Positions 53,590 through 64,000 of a stretch of DNA of 64,000 nucleotides are shown here, one piece after another. Source of the DNA: the human T2T-CHM13v2.0 reference genome, Homo sapiens. Position numbers and translations under genes: made by a program. Numbering within the stretch: the first letter of the stretch is position 1; each line of letters starts with the position of its first letter. Below the pieces are notes generated by a model. It had not been told where the DNA came from. It saw nothing but the letters and a program-made list of their open reading frames with translations, and did not search any database. The DNA lies in the NCBI RefSeq assembly GCF_009914755.1, contig NC_060934.1, one strand, 5' to 3'.

Positions 53590-53826
53590 GCAGTGTGCTG
53601 GTAAATGTTTAACAACCAGCTCTCTGGTAGCGGTTGTGGCGGCGGGGTGGGGGGGCAGAGTGGGTGCGTGCAGATCTGTGTGTGGCATTTGCCAATTTCC
53701 ATGGTGTAAATATCGCAACCATGGCTGATTTCAAGTTATGACATGACACCACTACTGCTGAAGTTGGGAGAAATGTGACAATCAGCTCTCCTGGGCCAGG
53801 ACAAGCCGGCTTCAAGCACTCCACTG
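53588..53826. mobile_element. MER63A-like hAT element
   Basis: Termini cagcagtgtgctggtaaatgtttaacaacc ... gccggcttcaagcactccactg; approximate 8-bp TSD aggtgaga/aggtgaag. Confidence 0.75.
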
Positions 53827-56269
53827 AGGTGAAGGCAGCCTGGGGAGGGTCTGCCACTCATCTAGATGATAAGTGGAACCTGGTTAGCATGGGAGGGTGG
53901 TGAGGGCATCCTAGGATACTAAAATGCTGGATCAAAGTCTGGGACCATGACTAAGCCTGTCTAAGTGGAACAAGAACGAGGACCTAAGACTGGGGAAATG
54001 GGCTGGAAACTGACTTGAGTGCTTGAAAAACAGTCCATGATGTTTGGAGTTTATTTGGAAGGTATCAGAGAAATGCTGCAGCTCTAATCCGTGATTTTTT
54101 TTAAATGGCATCTTCTGGAAATTAATCTAGAAACAACATACAGAATTGATTGAGGTGGTGGGTCTAGAATTAAGAGAGCTGGATGAGAAATTACTATAGT
54201 CATCTAAGAATGAACGGTAGAGCAGTCAGAATGAAAAGAGAAAACTAGGTCTTAAGACCAAATGACATGAGGCCATGTGTGGTGGCTCACACCTGTAATA
54301 CCAGCACTTTGGGAGGCCGAGGCGGGTCGATCACTGGAACATGAGTGCAAGACTAGCCTGGGCAACATGACAAAGTCCCAACTCTACCAAAAAAAATACA
54401 AAAATTAGCTGGGCATGGTGGCGCGTGCCTGTAGCCCCAGCTACTCAGGGGGTTGAGGTGGGTGGATCACCCAGGCCCAGGGAGGTCAAGGCTTCAGTGA
54501 GCCAAGATCACGCCACTGCACTCTAGCCTGGGCGACAGAGTGAGACCCTGTCTTAAAAATCATAAGATCAAATGACATATTATGTTTTTAAATATTCTTT
54601 TTATCAAGGGCTGGTACCAGTGCTCCGATAACACATTTGTCTTTTCTACTTCTTTTTTCTTCTTGCCTCGTAACTTTTCCTCCACTCATTTGCTTTATCA
54701 CCCAACAACCTTGTCGTAACCCTCCTGCCTCTACTGAAAGTCACCAGTGGAGAGGTCAGGTTGGGTATATCGAGACGACCTGGCAAAACTGCCACAGCCA
54801 CGGTCGCAGCCTCGGGGCCTCTGAACACTAGGTGGTTTCTCTGTGTCGCAAGGGCCCTGGCTTGCCTCTAATCAGAGCCAGCTATTTTAAAAACGCATAT
54901 CACAAGGGTACAGAAATGTGATTGACAGAGTGTGATTCTATTCCCAGTACCTAGTAGGGCAGGGGAGGGAAAGACATTTCCTCCTAAGAATTGGCAGATC
55001 CGTCACTTAAGACGTCTTGCCACTTTAAACATCTCAACATTTAAAGGATGTCAGTATGATGGCACTCTTATTTAACAAATCTCTGTTGAGAACCTAGTGG
55101 GCATAGTTATCATTGTGATGTGTGTATTTTACGCTTTGAGAGGAGACACGAGTCATCTCTGAAAATGCCCTGATCCACAGGTATGGAGGCCTGGGTTTTT
55201 CTGCCAGCTCTGCCACTGACAAATGGGGTGAGCTTTATTCATTCAACAGAGATTACTGAGCCTGTTATGTACCAGGCCCTCGTAGGCTCGGGGGAAAGCC
55301 AGTGAACAGAAGAGACAAAGTCTCTGCCCTCAAGACACTTACCTACTTGTAGGAAGAGACAGAAAAAAAGTATATGCCAGGTGGTAATAAATGCTAGGAA
55401 GAAAAAATAAAGGAGGGTTAGAATGGTGAAGGTGGTGGCTATTATTTATATGTAATGAAACATGGGCAACTTCTCCATCTCGCTGGACCTCAAAGTTCCC
55501 ATATGTTGATTCAATGATCTTTGCCAATTCTTAGGTTATAAGGTTCCACTAATCTTGGTGTGAATTTCCACTCTGCCCCCTTAGAATTATTAATGTGCTG
55601 GTTCAAAAGTCACAGAAAACATTCTTTTAAAAAGTATGCAGATGTTTTAAAATGCATTTTATGTATAACTCTCTGTTGTGGAACTTAAAGGAGTTTACAG
55701 GTCATCTAAATAATACCTCCTCCCTCATTTTATAAGTAGGACAATGTGACCCAGAGGGCATATAGCAATTCTTTGATAGAAGTGGTACTAAGACACAGGA
55801 TTTTTGTTCTTAGTGTTGTGGGTTTTGTTTGTTTGCTTGGACATCTCTTCTACAATGAAAACTCAATTTAAAAAAATTTTAGGCTGGGCATGGTGGCTCA
55901 TGCCTGTAATCCCAGCACTTTGGATTATAGGCATGAGCCACCATGCCCAGCCTAATTTTTTTTTTAATTGAGTGAGACTCATGTCTCACTCAGGGCAGAA
56001 GGATTCCTTGAGGCAGGTTGTTTAAGACCAGCCTGGGCAACGTAACAGAACCCATTGCTACTTAAAAAAAAAAAAAATTAGCCATGTGTGGTGGCTGAAC
56101 ATGTGTAATCCTAGTTACTCAGGAGGCTGAGGCAGGAGGATTGCTTAAGCCCAGATGTTGGAGGCTGCAGTGAGCTATAATGACACCACTGCACTGCAGC
56201 TTGGATGACAGATTGAGACCCTGCCTCTAAAAAAATACATCTTGGTAGTAGAAAAAATACTTTTAAAAG

Positions 56270-56470
56270 CATCTTTTTTAAAGTTCAGGGGTACAATTGC
56301 AGGTTTGTTGCATAAGTAAACATGTCATATGGGTTTGTTGTGCAGATTATTTCATCACCCAGGTCTTAAGCCCAGTACCCATTAGTTATTTTTCCTGATC
56401 CTCTCCTTCCTCCCACCCTCCACCCTCTGAGAGGTCCCAGTGTCCGTTGTTCTCCTCTATGTGTCCACGT
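56270..56470 (-). mobile_element. L1PA-type (older subfamily) 3' end, antisense
   Basis: agttcaggggtaca...gcaggtttgtt...gattatttcatcacccagg...cctcccaccctccaccc...tatgtgtcca. Confidence 0.85.
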
Positions 56471-56499
56471 AACTTCCTTTACGTGCTATATTCCTCCAG

Positions 56500-56683
56500 A
56501 AAGCAGAAAAGAAATGGGAGGAAAAAAGGCAAAATCTGGATCACTATAATGGGAAAGAGTTTGAGAAGCTCCTAGAAGAAGCTCAGGCCAATATCATGAA
56601 GTCAATACCAAATCTGGAGATGCCGCCAGCCACAGGCCCACTGCCAAGGGGAGATGCCCCAGTGGACAAGGTGGAACTTTCAG
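56500..56683 (+). CDS. KIAA1217: KIAA1217 coding exon (~exon 14, 184 nt; KAEKKWEEKRQNLDHYNGKEFEKLLEEAQANIMKSIPNLE...VELS)
   Basis: ttcctccag|AAAG...TTCAG|gtaagt. Phase 0 to 1. Confidence 0.95.
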
Positions 56684-57741
56684 GTAAGTTCCGGTCCCAC
56701 AGCAGGAATATATGGAGGTACATGGCTTTGGGCAAATACAGTGCCATCCACGACAGCACATACTCATCAACAGAACCAATGTCTCAGTTCTTACAAATCT
56801 TACAAAATGTAAAACCTGGAAGAGCAAATCCTCTGGTGTTCCTTAGATCTTTACTACTATCTCTCTCTTTTTGTTTTTTTTTTTGTTTTTTTTTTTTTGT
56901 TTTTGAAATGGGGTCTTGCTCTGCCACCCAGGCTGGAGTGTAGTGGTATGATCTTAGCTCACTATAACTTCCAACTACTGGGCTCAAGCAATCCTCCCAC
57001 CTCAGCCTCCCAAGAAGTAGCTAGGGCTGTAGATGTGTACACCACTGCACATGTCTAATTTTTTTTTATTTTTTTAGAGACAGGTTTCTTCCTCTGTTGC
57101 CTTGGCTGGTCTCGAACTTCTGGCCTCAAGCAATCCTCCCACCTTAGCTTCCAGAGTAGCTAGAATTACAGGCTTGAGCCACACTTGATTTCACTACTAC
57201 TGTTTTATGCTAACCACAGTAGAGAAGCTGAGTTCTGTGTTAGGATTCTAGAATAATGGCCAATAAAGGAAAATTTAAATTCATAGTGTTTGCGTTTTCT
57301 ATGCATTTGTGATACTTCACAGCAAGAGCTGGGAAAATATTAGGCCTGCATTTAAGACAAGAGCTTTTGCAGAAAGAAAATGGTAGCTTTTATGAGCTCT
57401 CGGGGGATATTAGATCATAAGGCAAAATTGCATTTTTTAATCAAAATTATTAGAATATGTATTTAACCAACTCAACTATGGAAGTTAAATGCCAACATGT
57501 GAATAATAATATAACTTCTAAGAATCTCAACCTATTAAATATCCTATCAGTTACAAGCCACGCGTCTTATTCTGATCTTAAAATTATGGACCCGGATGTT
57601 ATTTTACTTGCAGTCTAATGTCTCTGCAGTGTCACATTCCACAGTGCCTTATCCAGCAACTAAAATTAATTTGGAAAGGAATCCCCATCTTGACTTGCAT
57701 GTTGAGAAACATTAAAGTGTATTCCATTTATAACCACCGTA

Positions 57742-58134
57742 CAGTCATCCCTTGGTATCCATGGGAGATTAGTTCCAGGACTCCCATTGGATACCAAAAT
57801 CTGAGGACGTTCCAGTTCCTGGTATAAAATGGCATGGTATTTGCATGTAACCTACTCACATCCTCCCATATACTTTACGGGCCAGAACACTTCAGCAGTG
57901 TGATTCTGCTGCCTGCCTCCATATACTTTAAATCATCTCTACATTACTTATGATACCTAATACAATGCCTACACATTACTTCATTTGTGTGGATTCAACA
58001 TAGTACTTGGCACAAGGCAAATTCAAGTTTTATTTTTTGGAATGTGGAGGGAATTTATATATATATATATATTTTTCCATCTGCAGTTGGTTGAATCCAC
58101 AGATGTGGAACCCATGGATGCAGAGGACCAACTG
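57742..58134. mobile_element. MER2B-like Tigger element carrying a 41-nt insertion
   Basis: cagtcatcccttggtatcc ... ggatgcagaggaccaactg terminal inverted repeats; internal MER2 motifs. Confidence 0.8.
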
Positions 58135-60393
58135 CACTTGTCTCCTCCCCAGTTTTCATCCATTTCATCCCCTAAAGTTCCACTCACTGCATCCCTCCCC
58201 CTCAGTCTGTGCTAAGAGGCTTTTCTTACACCTTTCCCCACCATCCAGCTGTGTCAGGTCTGTCTAGGGTCCTGGGCGGGGCGGCTCTTCTCACACAAAG
58301 TGACTTTCCTCTCACAGTCCCCGTGGAGAATTTCTGATGGAGAAAATGCCCTAGCTCATCACATTTTTTTTTTTTTTTTTGAGACTGAGTCTCACTCTGT
58401 CACCCAGGCTGGAGTTTAGTGGCATGATCTTGGCTCCCTGCAACCTCCGCCTCCTGGGTTCAAGCAATTCTTCTCCCTCAGCCTCCCAAATAGCTAGCAT
58501 TACAGGCACCCACCACCACGCCTAGCTAATTTTTGTATTTTTAGTAGAGATGGGTTTCACCGTGTTGGCCAGGCTGATCTCGAACTCCTGACCTCAGGTG
58601 ATCCACCTGCCTCGGTCTCCCATAGTGCTGGGATTTCAGGCCTGAGTCACCGGCCAGCTCATCACATTTTTATCTTGTGTAATTCTGTTCTCTCTGCCCC
58701 ATTATTAATTTTGTCATAGAGTCCTTTGATGTTTTATATAGGTCTCATAACTGTTCCTTCTCATGATTGAACAACAAAAACATATTACATTTTGTTCACT
58801 TACCTCATTTTGGCTCTTGATTCTATCTGATTTTTTAAATTTGCCTAAATCACTTTTAAATTACTCCCCAAGGTATTTTGACTTAGTTAAAATGCTCTTG
58901 TTTTTTCTTTTTTAATGCATCTCTGACCTGGTCTCAGAAACAGTACAGTGATGGACAGGCTACCAGAGATGTGTAAAGGTAGCATCCGTGACCTGTAAAC
59001 ATTAGTTTCTGTCATTTTAATTTATTTGTCATGGAGTTATCATTTTTAATGTATTTTTGTTTATTAAGGAGGCAAATTTCTAAGTGTAGAGTTTTAAATA
59101 CCATTTGTATTTCCCCTTGTGTGAATTTTCTGACTACTTGGATAATGGAGGAATATGGGTAGTGATCAAAAATTGATAAAGGCTGGCGTGGTGGCTCATG
59201 CCTATAATCCCAGTGCTTTTGGAGGCCAACACAGGAGGAATCACTTGAAGCCAGGACTTCAAGAGCAGCCTGGGCAGCATAGTGAGACCCCCCTCTTTAC
59301 AAAAATTAAAAAATCCGCTGGGCATGGTGGCACACACCTGCAGTTCCAGCTACTCTGGGCTGGGGCAGGAAGATTGCTTGAGCCCAGGAGTTTGAGGCTG
59401 AGGTGAGCCGTGATGGCACCACTGCACTTCAGCCTGAGTGAAAGAGCAATACCCTGTCTCAAAAATAAAACAAAAAAGGCCTGGTGCAGTGGCTCACACC
59501 TGTAATCCCAGCACTTTGGGAGGCTGAGGCAGACAGATTGCTTGATCCCAGGAGTTCAAGACCAGCCTGTGCAACATGGCAGAAACCCCGCCTGTAAAAA
59601 AAAAAGAAAAGAAAAGAAATTAGCCAGGTGTTGTGACACACACCTGTAATGCCAGCTACTAGGGAGGCTAAGGTGGGAGGATCACCTGAGCCCCGGAGGC
59701 TGAGGCCTCAGTGAGCCTTGATCACACCACTGCATTCCAGAGTGAGTGACAGTGAGACCCTATCTACAAAATAAAAAAAATTAAAAAATTTGTTTAATTA
59801 AAAAAATCAAATCCACTTCCTCTCCAACTTTGTTCTTTGTTCTCATTTGCATCCCATTTTTTCTCTGGCCCTCCCTAAGCCAGATTCTACTCTGACATTG
59901 ACCTTCAGCAGAAACCCCTCTTGCTGATACTGTTTTTTCAGACTGAGGGATGAAGTATTTGGAGGCCAAGCCAGGGGCTATGGATTTGCCTTTGGGCTTC
60001 AATTTTTTTTTTTTATCTATCCAAGTAATACTCAGCTTTTTCCATAACAAGAATGTTATTTAATAATAGTAGGTAATACTTTACATAGCATTTACACTAT
60101 GCCAAGCTCAGCGTATAAGTCATTCAATCCTTATGACACCCCAGAGGAAAGTATATTATACTACCCATTTAACAGATGAGAAAACTGAGACCGAGAGAGG
60201 TTTAGTAACTTGTGCAGGGTCTTTTTGGGATTTAAATCCAGTCACTCTTTAGGGTCTATACACTTAATCCTTGCTCTATGGAGAGAACAGAAAATTTTTA
60301 AATCAGATTGCATTGGGTTTGTAGCAATATACCAGACTTTCTGGATGTTTTCTTGAAAAAAGATTATTCTTGTAATGGTGCACTGTTTTCCAG

Positions 60394-60557
60394 AAGATTC
60401 TCCAAATTCGGAACAGGACTTGGAAAAGCTGGGGGGAAAGTCGCCCCCTCCTCCTCCGCCACCTCCTCGTCGAAGCTACCTGCCAGGATCGGGACTCACC
60501 ACCACGAGGTCAGGCGATGTGGTCTACACCGGCAGAAAGGAGAACATCACCGCTAAG
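60394..60557 (+). CDS. KIAA1217: KIAA1217 coding exon (~exon 15, 164 nt; EDSPNSE...KSPPPPPPPPRRSYLPGSGLTTTRSGDVVY...AK)
   Basis: gttttccag|AAGA...CTAAG|gtctga. Poly-Pro/PxxPxR segment and GLTTTRxG block shared with SRCIN1. Confidence 0.95.
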
Positions 60558-61028
60558 GTCTGATAGGCTAAGCCCTGGTAAACTGGCCTCTGGGTTCAGA
60601 TGATACCCTTAGACAAGGTTCTCTCTGTTGGAACATAAAAAGTAGTGAGGCAGAGAAGTAGTAACTCGACCACACAAGATCCCCAGGAAGCACCACAGAT
60701 GGAACAATGGCAGCCAGTATGATTGGACTAGACCCAGACCATGAGTTTTATCCTTATTTTACTTTTAGCTGCAACAATATGAAATGCAAATCACAAGCTA
60801 TTTCCCATGTGGGCATCATAAGATTGAAAATGAGGGTAGGAGGGGGAAACGCAAGAAAGATTATCTTCCAAAGGTAACTGAGGTGAGCTGACACCGTTGT
60901 GGGAGTCTATACAGAAAGATGTTCAATGAGCTTTAAATTCCACTTAACTAACCAAGTGTTAGCTTTCATGTTAAATGTAAAACACAATTTCCAAAGAGAT
61001 GCAGTATGGGAGGGCCTTTCATGAGGAC

Positions 61029-61390
61029 TGTATTAGTCTGTTCTCAGGGTGCTGATAGAGACATGCCTGAGACTGGGTGATAAAGGGAAGAGATTTAATG
61101 GACTCACAGTTCCATGTGGCTGGGGAGGTCTCACAATTATGGCAGAAGATGAAGGAAGAGCAAAGGCACTTCTCACATGGTGGCAGGCAAGAAAGAGATT
61201 GTGCAGGGGAACTCCCATTTATAAAACGGTCCGATCTCGTGAGACTTATTCACCACCTCGAGAACAGCACGGGAAAGACCTGCCCCCATGAGTCAATTAC
61301 CTCCCACCTGATCCCTCCAATGACACGTGGGAATTACGGGAGCTACAGTTCAAGATGAGATTTGGGTGGGGTCACAGCCAAACCATATCA
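61029..61390 (-). mobile_element. THE1-family solo LTR (ERVL-MaLR)
   Basis: tgtattagtc...cagccaaaccatatca, ~360 bp; TSD aggac/aagac. Confidence 0.9.
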
Positions 61391-61633
61391 AAGACACTGA
61401 ATGTTGAGGAGTTCCAATTATATTATAATTATTTAATCCATTCACCAAAATGACAACTTATGCAAACACAAATACAAACTAAATGCAAAGGAATAAAATA
61501 GCCTTTCAGCTATTTTCTCAGCTAAGATCTAGGAAGCAAGTGTTCTAGACAGTGAGGGACCATACGATCTGTCCCTTTTTTGCTAGCACCTAGGAGATGT
61601 TAAACCACTATCTGTTGTTTCAATCTCCCACAG

Positions 61634-61801
61634 GCAAGCAGTGAAGATGCTGGACCAAGCCCACAGACCAGAGCTACAAAATATCCAGCAGAGGAGCCTG
61701 CTTCAGCCTGGACCCCATCCCCACCGCCTGTCACCACCTCCTCCTCAAAGGATGAGGAGGAAGAAGAAGAAGAAGGAGACAAAATAATGGCAGAACTCCA
61801 G
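61634..61801 (+). CDS. KIAA1217: KIAA1217 coding exon (~exon 16, 168 nt; ASSEDAG...DEEEEEEEGDKIMAELQ), symmetric phase 0-0
   Basis: ctcccacag|GCAA...CTCCAG|gtatgt. Open frame with a GAG/GAA poly-Glu run. Confidence 0.94.
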
Positions 61802-63073
61802 GTATGTGGATGAGGTGACTGACATTGGCTCCTTGCCTCCCGCCTGGGTCTCTGCAGCCATGGCACTCACAGATTTGTTAGCGAGAAGGCCAGGGAAGCG
61901 CATGGACCGGGACCATAGAAGCTGTGTCTTCTGGCCTTAGCCTTTGCTTTCCCAAGATGGCGCTGAACAAGGCTCTCAGGATGCCTATAAGATGTGCAAG
62001 GAATGACCATTTCACAAAACAACTCACGCTTTCCTACCTCTGGCTGTAAAATTGACTTTCCTTTCTTTCCATCTTAAGAGATTCTGCTTCATTTCAAAAG
62101 CAAGTAAGATAAGGATTAGAAATACCAGCCATTGTCCTGTCTTGATAAGGACAGACTGAAGGACACGTTACGTGGGTTCCCGTTCCTTGGCTTTACCACT
62201 TAGAGCCACTGACCTTGGATCATGGACTCAAGGCCAATGACTGGCCTCCTGTGGTCCATAACCAGGTCCCTGTTCAATATCAATGTCATCTTTTCAGATA
62301 TTCTGAAAAGCTGAATTATTTTGTTTTCCATTTTCCTTGGTCTATTTGAGAAATGATACTGTATCAGTTTTAGATATTTATTTTTTAACTATGACACAGT
62401 CCACTCATAGGATGAAGGATGGCGTGCCAAGGCTGTGCCCAAAACTGATCCCACATTCCCATCACGGATGTGATTCTACCCCAGGTCTATGTCCTGAGAA
62501 CTTGTCTCATCAGAGACATATAAACAATTCCTAGAACAAACTTTGTGTAGAGTATTTCATTTGCCTCATGCTTCTTATAGGATTTTTCTGTCAATCAGAT
62601 AGTTGGAACACCAGCACCTTGGGGCTCAAAAACATGTTAGCTTTTTACCGACGTACCAATGGCTTTGTGCCAACCCATAAATTTTCCTCTTTTCTTTGGA
62701 GTAGGGAGAACTTTCAATCTACATTGTTTTTACTGCACTTGTTCTACTCTGGTTTCCATGGTAATAACTGCCAAAATTGAGCTGCCTGGATTTTGCAGGG
62801 AAAACAGAACTGCTGGTTGATTTGTCACATACGTGAGCCCTTTCACACTTCACTAAAACTCACAGACTAGCCTGGGACATCCCCGCAACCAATCAGGCTA
62901 TTTGCAGGTTTTTAGAAGGCTTGGATAATTGTTTTCATAGGAACTACAGATTTATAAAGCTGGTATCTTTCAGGCTTGTGGATAATTTTTTACACCTCTC
63001 TAAGAGAAATACTAAATTTGTTGCAGCCACTTACAGCCCACCACTGAGGGACACTCTTCTCCATTGAAGTCTA

Positions 63074-63465
<392 letters not shown>

Positions 63466-64000
63466 AGCGTGGTGAATGAAGTGCTCTAACCTTAACTTAA
63501 CCAAACCCTGTTAGCCCTCTGGCTGGGATAGAAACCCAGCCTGCTAAATCCGCAACTCGATCAATGGCCAGTGGCCATAATGATTCTCTTGTTTCTGCAC
63601 CTTCTCAAGGCAGGACAAGGAGCAGCTGTGGCCCCTTCTAAGGACAGTTGTGGAACCACTTTCTGTGCTCCACATCTCCAGGCATCAGAAGAAAACACAG
63701 GCTCTGAAATCGAGGGTCTAATAGCTCAAAGGAGATGGCAATTGGCATTTGTAAGCAGCTTTCTAAGTAAGCGGATAAACCAAACACATCCGGGGCAAGC
63801 TAGGACTGGTATGACTAAGGAACAGCAAGGAGACCAGGTACAGCAGAGACAGGGGAGCAAACAGTCATGGAAGAAAAGGCCAGAGAAAGTCCCTCATCAG
63901 CCACCTTCAGATTTTAGGACCAGTGTTGGAATGTTTACTGAGGGAGGACATACATTATTCTTTCTGCTGGCAGAGATATCTCCAAATGACAACATTTGAC

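Larger units (their letters stand above)
54271..59790. mobile_element. Alus at 54271-54560(+), 55882-56235(+, with fold-back), 56870-57185(-), 58364-58655(-), 59181-59475(+), 59478-59790(+)
   Basis: Alu consensus; TSDs such as aaga(c/t)caaatgacat and agctcatcacattttt. The interval also contains exon 14. Confidence 0.85.

Noticed and set aside
62079-62103. Exon-like segment (pyrimidine tract, aag|...caa|gtaaga) after exon 16
   Set aside because: 23 or 25 nt breaks the frame. An in-frame 21-nt version needs a poor GC donor (AAA|gcaagt).
63571-63999. 142-aa ORF at the window end
   Set aside because: No ATG start, no convincing splice sites and no recognisable SKT sequence.

Overview
Primate (most likely human) genomic DNA from the middle of KIAA1217 (SKT, sickle tail homolog; paralog of SRCIN1/p140Cap), transcribed on the + strand. 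Eleven coding exons can be read from GT-AG boundaries: 833, 105, 50, 167, 176, 131, 148, 442, 184, 164 and 168 nt. They splice into one open 2568-nt frame (856 codons), which from memory is about exons 6-16 and residues 283-1138 of the long isoform. The introns hold about 35 Alus, L1/L2/MIR fragments, three MaLR solo LTRs and DNA-transposon fossils (Tigger2a, MER2B, MER20, MER63, MER5). No prokaryotic system or RNA gene is present. The best lead is a candidate in-frame 12-nt microexon (20868-20879, adding GLPR), with a CACTAAC branch point, a ~94-nt AG-free zone and downstream RBFOX motifs. Also notable: a weaker 30-nt exon candidate, a 24-bp VNTR of decoy splice donors and E-boxes, a UG-rich compound VNTR, a 52-bp fold-back hairpin, three local DNA duplications, two micro-insertions flanked by direct repeats, and a strong CTCF motif. 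Repeat-family names and reference numbering are from recall, not from a search; repeat boundaries are approximate.
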